A program made the translations under genes and the position numbers. The notes beneath the pieces were generated by a model, which did not search any database, was not told where the DNA came from, and saw nothing but the letters and a program-made list of their open reading frames with translations. From positions 397,034-461,033 of the forward strand of contig JBJLBO010000005.1 of NCBI GenBank assembly GCA_045568115.1: a stretch of 64,000 nt of DNA. Reading direction: 5' to 3'. Below, piece after piece: positions 40,125 through 49,727 of this stretch; within the stretch, counting starts at the first letter, position 1, and each line of letters opens with the position of its first letter. Source of the DNA: Candidatus Thalassarchaeaceae archaeon. Lineage in GTDB: Archaea; Thermoplasmatota; Poseidoniia; Poseidoniales; Thalassarchaeaceae.

Positions 40125-42020
40125 ATGAATCGCCACGCGGAATATATGTCGAGGCGTAGCCTGAGTCGGTTTCTCAAGGTCTTAGAGGATTCTAGCGAAT
40201 TGCTTCATGTTCATGAACCAATCGACTGCGCCCTTGAAGCGGGATGCATCGCTGACAAATTAGTCAAGCGAGGAGGTCCTGCTGTAATCTTTGAACAACC
40301 CCGGCTGGCTGACGGCTCGATTAGTCAATTCCCATTAGCAATGAATCTCTTTGGAACAAGGCAACGAACCAATGTCGCACTCGGAGTTGATGAGCCTAGT
40401 GAAATCGGTCAGCGAATGGTCGGGCTGATGAAACCAGACATTGGTTCTATTCTTCGAGCACCATGGAAAGGTCTAGGCTTGGCACTACAAGGTATGTCGA
40501 TGGCACCCAAGAAAGTAGGTAGAGGTGCTTGCCAACAAATTGTGATGGCTGAACCGGATATGACTCGTTTACCAATTCCTACAACATGGCCGAATGATGG
40601 AGGACCATTCATTACTCTACCATTGGTAATCACTGCCGATCCATCTACAGGAGTTCACAACATGGGAATGTATCGGGCTCAAGTTTTCGGGCCAAAGGAA
40701 GTTGGATTACACTGGCAGCGACATAAGCATGGTGCAGAACATGCAGCAGAAGCAGGTGATGGCAGGATGCCTGTTGCAATTTGCATGGGTGGACCTCCTG
40801 AGTTGATTTTCTCAGCCATGTCACCTCTACCAGACAATCTCTCTGAATATGAATTTGCAGGCCTGCTAGGTGGAAAGCGACTGCGACTGAGCAAATGTAG
40901 AACCAATGACTTGTGGGTGCCCGCCGAGGTAGATTTTGTCATTGAAGGATATATGATTCCAGGAGAAACAAGAACAGAAGGCCCATTTGGAGATCATTTC
41001 GGATATTACTCTCTAGCAGACGAATATCCAGTAATGCATATTACCGCAATAACTCACAGGAAAAATGCAGTTTTACCAGCAACTATCGTTGGTTTACCTC
41101 CAATGGAAGATGGTTACCTCGGTGAGGCCGTAGGTGATGCTTTCAGACCTGTACTACAATTCCAACACCGAGATGTAGTAGATTTGTTTTTACCACTTGA
41201 GACTGGATTTCACAATCTAGCTATTGTTTCAAGTAAACAAAACTATCCGAGACAGGCTCGCAAGACTGCATTAGGGCTCTTAGGAGCAGGTCAGATGATG
41301 TTCCTGAAGTCAATTGTGGCTACAGATCAAAATCACCCTGTGAAAGACTTGGAGGCACTTCTAGACGCTCTTGATTCCAAAGTCCATATTGAGCATGATA
41401 TCCAGGTACTTGAGGGGCAAGTGGCTGACACCTTAGCGCACGATTCTCCTTGGGAGAATATACATTCGAAGATTATCATCGATGCATCGACCCCAACCAA
41501 AGACGATCCTATGTTTGGATTAGAACTCAGTTCAGGGCCTGGTGAATCATTTGCTGAAAAAGTCAGTTTGGTTGATGGAGTGAATTCTGTCAGAATGTTA
41601 CGCCCTTCAATGATGGTAGTCACCACTCACATTAGAGACGGACCACGTCCTGAAGCTTCGATGGAGAATGTCAACGAGGAGGCTGCGGCTGCACAACGCT
41701 CGCATATAGCAAACTTGCGTGATGAGATTTGGTCACTTGATGGAAGTGAAAATCTACGCTGGCTATTTATCACCGACGATGATGCAGACCTATCTGATGA
41801 AAATTGGAAAAGAAGACTTCTGTGGCAATTATTCTGTAGATTCGATGTTGCTCGAGACCTTCATTTTGATAATGAGAAAACTCGCCTCGCTTGGGACGCC
41901 ACTGCACCTATTCCATCCAACAATGGGCCACTTCCGGTCAGACGTTGGCCTGCTGTGACGCTTCACGATCCTATTGTTGAGGCTAAAGTAGACGCATGGA
42001 TGGATAAGGAGGGGCTTTGA
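40125..42020 (+). CDS. ubiD: UbiD-family decarboxylase (menaquinone/ubiquinone type) with extended C-terminus
   Basis: WPNDGGPFITLP, NMGMYR, EGPFGDHFGYYS, PPMEDGY. Confidence 0.9.
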   Translation: MNRHAEYMSRRSLSRFLKVLEDSSELLHVHEPIDCALEAGCIADKLVKRGGPAVIFEQPRLADGSISQFPLAMNLFGTRQRTNVALGVDEPSEIGQRMVGLMKPDIGSILRAPWKGLGLALQGMSMAPKKVGRGACQQIVMAEPDMTRLPIPTTWPNDGGPFITLPLVITADPSTGVHNMGMYRAQVFGPKEVGLHWQRHKHGAEHAAEAGDGRMPVAICMGGPPELIFSAMSPLPDNLSEYEFAGLLGGKRLRLSKCRTNDLWVPAEVDFVIEGYMIPGETRTEGPFGDHFGYYSLADEYPVMHITAITHRKNAVLPATIVGLPPMEDGYLGEAVGDAFRPVLQFQHRDVVDLFLPLETGFHNLAIVSSKQNYPRQARKTALGLLGAGQMMFLKSIVATDQNHPVKDLEALLDALDSKVHIEHDIQVLEGQVADTLAHDSPWENIHSKIIIDASTPTKDDPMFGLELSSGPGESFAEKVSLVDGVNSVRMLRPSMMVVTTHIRDGPRPEASMENVNEEAAAAQRSHIANLRDEIWSLDGSENLRWLFITDDDADLSDENWKRRLLWQLFCRFDVARDLHFDNEKTRLAWDATAPIPSNNGPLPVRRWPAVTLHDPIVEAKVDAWMDKEGL

Positions 42021-42925
42021 TGGGAATGAAAGAGATTCTTTCATTCGTCAAAGTTGAACACACACTTTTCTCTCTCCCTTTTGTCTTCATTGGATATGTT
42101 CTTGCACACAACCAATTCATGCACGAACTTTCTTCACAGAAGTTTGGAATCGACATTCTTTGGATTCTAATTGCAGCAGTTGGAGCTCGTGGTCTTGCAA
42201 TGACTCTGAATCGAATTATAGATCGAGACATTGATGCTGCTAATCCTCGAACCGAAAATCGCCATCTAGTATCTGGGGCGATGTCGATGAATACCGCTTG
42301 GACTCTTTCAGCAATCTTTCTCGGAATGCTATTATTTGGTGCATGGCAACTCAACGAAGTCGCACTTATGATGGCTTGGCTCCCAGTCCTAGTTTTCGTC
42401 ATCTACCCTTACACGAAGCGCTATACATGGTTGTGCCACTTTTGGCTAGGTCTTTGTCTCGCACTTGGACCAGCGGGAGCATGGTTTGCAGTTACAGCGG
42501 ACGTACATGGGTGGGCAGCAATCACAGACTTATACTGGTTTCCTGAAGTATTCTTCATATCTTTAGGAGTGACATTTTGGATTGCTGCCTTTGACATCAA
42601 TTACGCAAGAATGGATGTCGAGAGTGATCGAGAAAGTGGTATCCATTCTTTCCCTTCTCGATTTAGTGAGGCTGCTACAACTAGGACTTCTGTACAACTC
42701 ACTTTACTGTGGTTCGCCTGCTTCGCCATTTCCAACCCAATGGATGAGATTTGGTTTCTTGCTGCAGCAGGTCTGATGTCAGCACTGAATATTGCAGTCA
42801 TTCTCACTCGGGAGAGATTGGCGGACTTCCAAACTACTCTATTCCGTGTATCAATGCTTACTGGGTGGGTTCTTCTAGTAGCTATCTTGATGATTGAACC
42901 CTCTAATAATGGACTGTTAGAGTGA
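42020..42925 (+). CDS. ubiA: UbiA-family aromatic prenyltransferase (MqnP-like)
   Basis: KVEHTLFSLPF, AMTLNRIIDRDIDAANPRT, YPYTKR, FDINYA.MD...D; TGATG overlap with ubiD. Confidence 0.9.
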   Translation: MGMKEILSFVKVEHTLFSLPFVFIGYVLAHNQFMHELSSQKFGIDILWILIAAVGARGLAMTLNRIIDRDIDAANPRTENRHLVSGAMSMNTAWTLSAIFLGMLLFGAWQLNEVALMMAWLPVLVFVIYPYTKRYTWLCHFWLGLCLALGPAGAWFAVTADVHGWAAITDLYWFPEVFFISLGVTFWIAAFDINYARMDVESDRESGIHSFPSRFSEAATTRTSVQLTLLWFACFAISNPMDEIWFLAAAGLMSALNIAVILTRERLADFQTTLFRVSMLTGWVLLVAILMIEPSNNGLLE

Positions 42926-42934
42926 GGTGTTGTG

Positions 42935-45227
42935 ATGTTCGTCCTACGTTCTGATTACGGCACTGCCGGAGACCAAGAACAAGCGATTAATGCACTCATA
43001 GAACAAATCGAAGCAAAACAGGAACGCTGTGTCCTGATGGGAGTGACTGGCTCAGGCAAGACTTTCGCCATGGCTAATATCATCGAAAGACTGGGGATTC
43101 CAACATTGATTCTCTCACACAATAAAACTCTAGCAAGGCAGTTGTGGCAGGAAATGAGTGAATTGTTTCCTGAGAATGCAGTTGAGTATTTCGTCAGTTA
43201 TTACGACTACTATCAACCAGAGGCATACCTACCCAATCGAGACCTCTACATCGATAAAGAATTGCAGATGAATGAACGAATAGAGCAAGAGCGATTCTCT
43301 ACTGTAGCAAGTCTTGTCACCCGTCCTGATGTGATTACCGTAGGTACAGTCAGCGCCATCTATGGTCTCAATCCTCCAGAAGCATTTCAAGAGTCATATT
43401 TGCATTTAGAGGTTGGAGACCAACGTGACCCTCAGGAAGTAATGAGAGAATTAGTTGAGTTACAATATCGAAGAACCACTGGTGATATCGCACGTGGAGA
43501 TGTGCGGCTTCGCGGTGAAGTGCTAGATGTTTGGATGCCCAGCCGGGATGACCCGATTAGGATTAGATTCGGTTGGGATGGCATCGAGCGAATAACTGTC
43601 TGTGAAGCGGTTTCATGGGAGCCGCTCGATGAATTTGAGGAGGCTTGGATTCACCCTAAGGAATTCTACATGACAAGTGAAGAACGATTCATGCAAGCAG
43701 TTGAAGATATTGAGGCTGAATTAGACAAACGCATCGATTTCTTTGTCAGCAAGGGTATGGATTTGGAGGCACATCGTATTGAACAGCGAACAAAATTCGA
43801 TCTTGAAATGCTTAGAGAAGTGGGCTCTTGCAAAGGTGTGGAAAACTATTCTCTACATTTTGATGGGAGAGAGGTCGGTGAGCGGCCATACTGTCTACTA
43901 GACTTCTACAGATATTGTGCTGAGCATTTCCACGGTGGTGTTGACAGGTATCTAGTAATCATGGACGAGAGTCACGTAACTCTACCTCAAGTTGGAGGGA
44001 TGTTTGGAGGAGATTGGTCTCGCAAAAAGAATCTCATTGACTTTGGTTTCCGTCTTCCAAGTGCCCATGATAATCGTCCTTTGAAAATGAAAGAATTCCA
44101 AGAGATAATTCCACAGATGCTCTATGTCAGCGCTACGCCTGGAGAAAGAGAACTACGTCATCTTGCTGAAATCACAGGACAAGAAATTCACCAAGGTCTT
44201 CTACACGCACAATCAGGAGGGGGCGCTAAGCCTGCTGATTACGACAAGAAACAGGGCCTCTACGCAATGGAAGAAATTCTAGACAGATTTAGAAGGTGTA
44301 GTAAGAATGGAAATTCGACCTACTGGATTACTAGACCCTAATATTGTGGTACGAAGAACGGAGGGTCAAATGGATGACCTTCTAGGTGAAATAAATGAGC
44401 GTATCAAGAAAGGAGAGAGAGTATTAGTCACGGTGATGACCATCAAATTCGCAGAAGAAGTTGCAGCCTATCTTGAAAGAATGGGAATCAAGGCTCACTA
44501 CTTACATTCAGAGATTGATACACTGGAGAGAACTGAAATTATCAAGGCATTAAGAATTGGACATATCGATGTAATTGTCGGAATAAATCTGCTTAGAGAA
44601 GGACTCGACATTCCAGAGGTTTCTCTAGTAGCGATTTTTGATGCCGACCGCCAAGGATTCCTTCGTAACGAACGCTCTTTACTGCAAACAATTGGTCGAG
44701 CATCTCGAAATGTCAACGGTCAAGTGATTCTCTATGCTGACTCAGTTTCTTCAGCAATGGAAGCTTCAATCAAACAAACAAATGCTCGTAGAATAAGGCA
44801 AGAAGCCTTCAATGTAGAGCATGGAATTGAACCAAAAACAATCCAGAAGGCACTACCAGTCATGGGTTCAGATGTTGATGACCTACTAGCGGGTGCCGCT
44901 GGTAAAGGTAAGACTGGCGGCCGAAGATTAGTCGGTAAGAAACCGGGTAAGAAGGGGATTGAAAGAATAGTGCGAAAATTCGGACTAGGTGCTGGCTCAT
45001 GGAATTCTACAGATTCGGTTCTAGATAATATCAGTCAACCAGAATGGGTGGCAGCAGCCTTTGAGGCTGTAGATGGAGCAGATGAAGAAAGCCTTGGAGA
45101 TGATAATGAAAGAGCGAAACTAATTTCTCGTTTGGAGAAAGAAATGAAGCAAGCAGCGGCGCGGCTTGATTTCGAACGTGCTGCGGCTTTGCGCGATAGA
45201 ATATACCAACTCGACACCGCTGAATGA
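42935..45227 (+). CDS. uvrB: Excinuclease ABC subunit B, split by a +1 frameshift near nt 44289
   Basis: Walker A GVTGSGKT, beta-hairpin [37 protein letters not shown] and the UVR domain lie in ORF 44307-45227. Confidence 0.95.
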
Positions 45228-45279
45228 GTTATCCTTAGACTTCGGCGGATTGAATACGAAAGAGCGAGCCGACCAACTT

Positions 45280-46263
45280 GTGACAACGTACTCGCGCGAC
45301 GACTTCACAGCTCCCGTCGAGGACTATGACTTCTCAAAAGCCAGTGATGTTCGTTCTCTCATCGACCAAATGGCGAAGGCTGGTGGATTTACAGCAACTA
45401 AACTCGCGCACGCGCGCGATGTTTTGCGAAATAGCATTAGCAAATGTAATGATGAAGATGTGTTGAATTGGTTGTCATTCCCTGCCTGTCTTTGTGCAAC
45501 TGGAACTCGGGGCTTCTTTCTTGAGGCGGTCAAAAGTAAGGCCTTCAATGTCATCATCACCACGTGTGGAACCCTAGATCATGATATTGCACGGACTTAC
45601 CAAGATTACTTCCACGGCGATTTCAATTTAGATGATATAGCACTAGGTGAAGAAGGATTAAACAGACTTGGAAATGTAATAGTCCCAAATGAGTGCTACG
45701 GTGAAATCCTTGAACGAGTAGTTTTACCATGGTTAGTTGAAATCGAAGATGAGAGGACTGTTGAACGTCCTGACAACCCTTGGCTTGGTTTTGGTTCAGT
45801 AGAACTTTGTTGGGCAATGGGTGATCGTATTGAGGATGAAACATCTCTACTATATTGGGTAGCAAAGCATCGTATTCCTATGGTAATCCCAGGACTATCC
45901 GATGGATCAATCGGGGCTCAACTATTCATGCATCGACAAAAGAATCCTAACTTCATGGTTGACTTCCTTGCTGATGAACAAATTCTTTCAGATCTAACTT
46001 GGACCGCGGAGGAGTCACACGCATTGATGGTAGGTGGAGGTATTTCCAAACACCATGTTATTTGGTGGAATCAATTTCGAGATGGTCTTGACTCCGCTGT
46101 TGGGATAACTACTGCACCTGAATATGATGGTTCACTTTCAGGGGCGAGACTCAAAGAAGCGATTTCTTGGGGCAAAATTCGCCCTGAAGCTCCCCAAGTA
46201 GTCGTAGAAGGAGATGCTTCAGTTCTCCTACCGATTCTTGGAGCGGACTTATTCCGCGATTAG
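45280..46263 (+). CDS. dhs: Deoxyhypusine synthase
   Basis: GGFTA, SFPACLCATG, GLNRLGN, VGGGISKHH, DGSLSGA...EAISWGK. Start placed at the GTG (MTTYSRDDF). Confidence 0.93.
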   Translation: MTTYSRDDFTAPVEDYDFSKASDVRSLIDQMAKAGGFTATKLAHARDVLRNSISKCNDEDVLNWLSFPACLCATGTRGFFLEAVKSKAFNVIITTCGTLDHDIARTYQDYFHGDFNLDDIALGEEGLNRLGNVIVPNECYGEILERVVLPWLVEIEDERTVERPDNPWLGFGSVELCWAMGDRIEDETSLLYWVAKHRIPMVIPGLSDGSIGAQLFMHRQKNPNFMVDFLADEQILSDLTWTAEESHALMVGGGISKHHVIWWNQFRDGLDSAVGITTAPEYDGSLSGARLKEAISWGKIRPEAPQVVVEGDASVLLPILGADLFRD

Positions 46264-46340
46264 AAAATCATAATTCGTTGTACTGAGTTCACCTTATGAC
46301 GGGGCATTGCTTAAGTGTCGTCGTTGTTCGGAGATGTCTT

Positions 46341-46517
46341 ATGTCCGTAGAGACTATGTTACAAGGGATGATTGATACACTGACTGATGCAATGAAGGAT
46401 GCTGCTAAGCACGACAAGGGTGTAAATGCAGCTGGAACTCGAGTTCGCAAGGCTATGCAGAGCATCAAAGCATCAGCTCAGGACGTTCGAAAGAAAGTCC
46501 AAGATGACCGAAATTAA
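46341..46517 (+). CDS. Hc1 / 'histone H1'-like small helical protein
   Basis: DAAKHDKGVNAAGTRVRKAMQ resembles the Hc1-family core (K.EKGNKAA..R.R); 58 aa. Confidence 0.72.
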   Translation: MSVETMLQGMIDTLTDAMKDAAKHDKGVNAAGTRVRKAMQSIKASAQDVRKKVQDDRN

Positions 46518-46568
46518 GCGTTTTATCGATAATAATACCGATTCACATAGGCTCTTCGCCTATTCCAT

Positions 46569-47282
46569 CTACTCGATTTCAGAGTGGGCGAAGAGTTCCA
46601 TCAAACTTACTCTCATGGCTGTTAGTGGACGCCATCCCTCTTCTATTCCAATAGACTTCAGGGTTTCATGAAGAGGTGCTAAGTCCGGACGTTCAATCAT
46701 TCCAGAAAATTGGTGAACTACTGGACTTGTAATATTTGAGAGAGATTCAACAGAATGTGTCAATCCAAGTGCGTTTGTGTATCTATTCCATAACATTTCC
46801 ATTTCATGAAGGACTGCTTCGGTAGACCAAGCCCTTCGACCTGCCAAATCAATCACACCCTGAGACAAGGCATCGGAATCTGCAAGAGCAAGTAATGAAA
46901 CTGCATCTGCTGCATCTCGAATATGCACCCAATGACGAGCTTCTATGTCAGATGGTGCAATACCATCAGCACCTTCTTTGACCCAATCAACCCATTCATA
47001 GAGAACATCACCGCCCCATCCAACTACGCCCTCGGGGACCAACAAGTCATGAATTCGAACAATAATATTAGGTCCGTCATCTGTAATCTCTAGAAAGTCA
47101 TTTTCTTCAATATTATTAGGAATTACAGATAAATCAGCTGTTTTTTCTATCTCGCCGATTGATAATACAACATCTGCTGACTCTGCTTCAGAAACTATCC
47201 TCGCCCCAGATCTAACTAGCCGGTCTGTGATTGCATGGAAAACTGGATCTGCAGTTCCAATAAGGTAGACCGCCTTTGGCAT
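46569..47282 (-). CDS. Degenerate NAD-dependent epimerase/SDR-like protein
   Basis: RHWVHIRDAADA resembles the extended-SDR RDF.HV.D motif; no clear GxxGxxG or YxxxK. Confidence 0.5.
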   Translation of the reverse strand: MPKAVYLIGTADPVFHAITDRLVRSGARIVSEAESADVVLSIGEIEKTADLSVIPNNIEENDFLEITDDGPNIIVRIHDLLVPEGVVGWGGDVLYEWVDWVKEGADGIAPSDIEARHWVHIRDAADAVSLLALADSDALSQGVIDLAGRRAWSTEAVLHEMEMLWNRYTNALGLTHSVESLSNITSPVVHQFSGMIERPDLAPLHETLKSIGIEEGWRPLTAMRVSLMELFAHSEIE

Positions 47283-47342
47283 CAATAAATCGGTGAGGGG
47301 GTTCCCCCATTGTTCTGACTGTTGTGCGGATTCCGTTTTTTA

Positions 47343-48902
47343 TTAAGCAGAAGCACCAATTGAGGCTGACTTCTCCTTTGCAATGAAGTAATCTAGACAA
47401 TCATTGACAATCGATACGATAAGATTAATCTCAGCACTTGTCAAACCGAAATGTGGAGTGAATCTTAGAGCATTTTTCCCACCATGAATGACCCCTAAGC
47501 CTTGTTCACGACACCACTCTTCAACTCCTCCGAATCCTACTACTGGAAATCTTTCTGGGTCCAGTTCTGCGCATAACAGCAGACCAGTTCCCTGAACCAA
47601 AGTGATACAATCTGGGTATTCAGACTGTAATTGAGTTAGTTTCGAAACAAGTTCAACTCCTGAGTCACGAATATTATTGCGCATCTCAGGAGTAATTCTT
47701 TTGAGAACTGAAACTGCCGTCTCTAGCGCACGAGGATTAGTTGTCATTGTGTTACCATAGACTCCGACTACGTAGAGTCCAGCAGCTCGTTCGGATAGCC
47801 CGATTACTGAAAGTGGATATTGACCGGCATTCAAAGCCTTCGACCAAGTCTCTAGATCAGGAGCTTCAGCATCCTGGAAACCTGAATAATCAACAACAGA
47901 AAGGCATCCTTGACCTCGCAATCCCGCCTGAATTGAATCAACAAGCAATAACGAACCGTGTTCTTTAGTTAGGCGGCGAGCCTCATCATAGAATTCTCTT
48001 GTAATACACTGACCTGGACTTCCTTCACCCTGAACTGGCTCCATCGCTACGAGTTCAATGAAGAAACCCTCAGATTCAGCACGAGCAAATGTCGACTGGA
48101 GATCCGCTATGTTGTTTGATTCAACCATTAGGACATTTGAGCGATCACGAAAGGTAGCCAAATTCTTTTCATAGGCGTTCCGGCATGAATCGGAAATTGA
48201 AGCCGGACGTTGTGTCCGACCATGAAAAGCCTGCTTCAAAGCGACTAATTTGATTGGTTTTCCTTCATGACGTCCACCTGGACCAGTCATCTGATTGGCA
48301 TTTACATCAGCAATTCTCATTCCAATTGTTACTGACTCAGAACCGCTATTAAGGCAAACGAACCGATGGAAGGGGCAACTTCCACGAGTATGGCCAACTT
48401 CCACACGTAGAGCATCAGCAAGGCGTTTCTGACTGAATGAAGGCGTCATGACATTTGCCATAACCCAATTCTTCGACATAGCTTCCATAATTTGGTCCGG
48501 CCCATGACCGGCTCCGAGCATTCCATATCCACCGTTATCATGCAAAACACTTCCGTGAGCAGTTACAATCCAAGGACCACGAGCGGAAATGGGAATGTAT
48601 GGATTTACAGTCTCAGGCCTGTAGAAATTAACAAAATCTTCCTGAAGTGCATCTACAAGCTCAGCTTCATTCAACATCAAAGTGGCTGGGCCTACTTCAT
48701 CGCGCAATGTGAGGTGTGCTTGATGAGCTTCTTCTATGGCTCGAACTAGACTTGGATCTGAGGCACTAAAATCAATGATTACATGATCAGGAAGGCCTAC
48801 AGTTCGTGGAGTTCCAGAATGAGATCGGATATCCTTGAGGAGGTCCAAACACGCAGTCATCGTAACGCGAACGAGAGAGTGCACATCAACATTCTCCGTC
48901 AT
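47343..48902 (-). CDS. Class III PLP-dependent aminotransferase
   Basis: NSGSES, AFHGRT, EPVQGEG, LVDSIQAG, SKALNAG, YGNTMTTNPRA. Confidence 0.9.
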   Translation of the reverse strand: MTENVDVHSLVRVTMTACLDLLKDIRSHSGTPRTVGLPDHVIIDFSASDPSLVRAIEEAHQAHLTLRDEVGPATLMLNEAELVDALQEDFVNFYRPETVNPYIPISARGPWIVTAHGSVLHDNGGYGMLGAGHGPDQIMEAMSKNWVMANVMTPSFSQKRLADALRVEVGHTRGSCPFHRFVCLNSGSESVTIGMRIADVNANQMTGPGGRHEGKPIKLVALKQAFHGRTQRPASISDSCRNAYEKNLATFRDRSNVLMVESNNIADLQSTFARAESEGFFIELVAMEPVQGEGSPGQCITREFYDEARRLTKEHGSLLLVDSIQAGLRGQGCLSVVDYSGFQDAEAPDLETWSKALNAGQYPLSVIGLSERAAGLYVVGVYGNTMTTNPRALETAVSVLKRITPEMRNNIRDSGVELVSKLTQLQSEYPDCITLVQGTGLLLCAELDPERFPVVGFGGVEEWCREQGLGVIHGGKNALRFTPHFGLTSAEINLIVSIVNDCLDYFIAKEKSASIGASA

Positions 48903-49138
48903 CTGGATGCCGTAATCCGGATTCCGATCTGGACTTCTTTCATGTCAAAAGGGAAGTTCTGATAATCACTCAAAAAATTAAATTGACTTTAGTTTTCCAA
49001 TTGAAAATTTCATTATTAGTCTAATTTTCTAATTGGATTATCAGTCTTAATTAACAGATAGATTAAGTGCTAATCAGCAGAAGGAGGCCTAGGGAACAGC
49101 ACAGGGGATGCACACACCCAACACTTGAGGGAACGAGA

Positions 49139-49723
49139 ATGAGCGAAGAATACCGAATTCAGGAACTATTACAGAGAGAGGTGTATGTTGGAGATACACT
49201 TGTGGGAATTATCACCGGTGAGAGATCCCATCCTCGAGATGAATTTGTTAAATCAATGCGACTAGAGGTAGTCGACAATGTAGCAGGAGAATTCATGAGA
49301 AAACCTGCCGGTGCGGCTCCCTTATCGAAAGAGCTTGTACATAGTATCAGGCCCGATGGTGGAGTTAAACTCTCCAAATCAATGCGTGAGCTTCAGCGCA
49401 GATGGCGCAACACAATACGCATCGATGAGCAACTTTGGGCTCCAGACGAACTTCTAGATCGTGCAGTAATGGATAATGACGGCATTGACCTTGGTAATGT
49501 AGTTGGATTCATGAAAGTAAAGAGAACATATAGAGGTGTCATCATCAATACTCACGCCATACTACGCAGAAAATACCAACTTCCAGAACAAATTGTAATT
49601 CCTGTTAAGCAGTTAGCCAGAACTACTGCATTCCTAGATGAATTGATTCTACGATGTACTGCAAAACGATTGGTTACACTTCCAAGTTATATTACTCTGA
49701 ATGGAATTGAGATAGAAGAGTGA
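49139..49723 (+). CDS. Tandem PRC-barrel-like protein
   Basis: Two ELL.R.V.....G.lG.v.g-type repeats (ELLQREVYVGDTLVGIITG and ELLDRAVMDNDGIDLGNVVG). Confidence 0.6.
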   Translation: MSEEYRIQELLQREVYVGDTLVGIITGERSHPRDEFVKSMRLEVVDNVAGEFMRKPAGAAPLSKELVHSIRPDGGVKLSKSMRELQRRWRNTIRIDEQLWAPDELLDRAVMDNDGIDLGNVVGFMKVKRTYRGVIINTHAILRRKYQLPEQIVIPVKQLARTTAFLDELILRCTAKRLVTLPSYITLNGIEIEE

Positions 49724-49727
49724 AAAA

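Noticed and set aside
7470-44290. Programmed ribosomal frameshifting as a common explanation for the four split genes
   Set aside because: No shared slippery sequence or stimulatory structure, mixed shift directions, and unrelated functions.
45166-45279. N-terminal extension of deoxyhypusine synthase overlapping uvrB
   Set aside because: The GTG at 45280, about 30 nt after a TTGAATAC box, gives a more typical start.
48899-48943. 14-aa upstream ORF (MKEVQIGIRITASR) with an ATGA overlap onto the aminotransferase start
   Set aside because: No SD and no amino-acid-rich attenuator pattern; cannot be distinguished from chance or an indel artefact.
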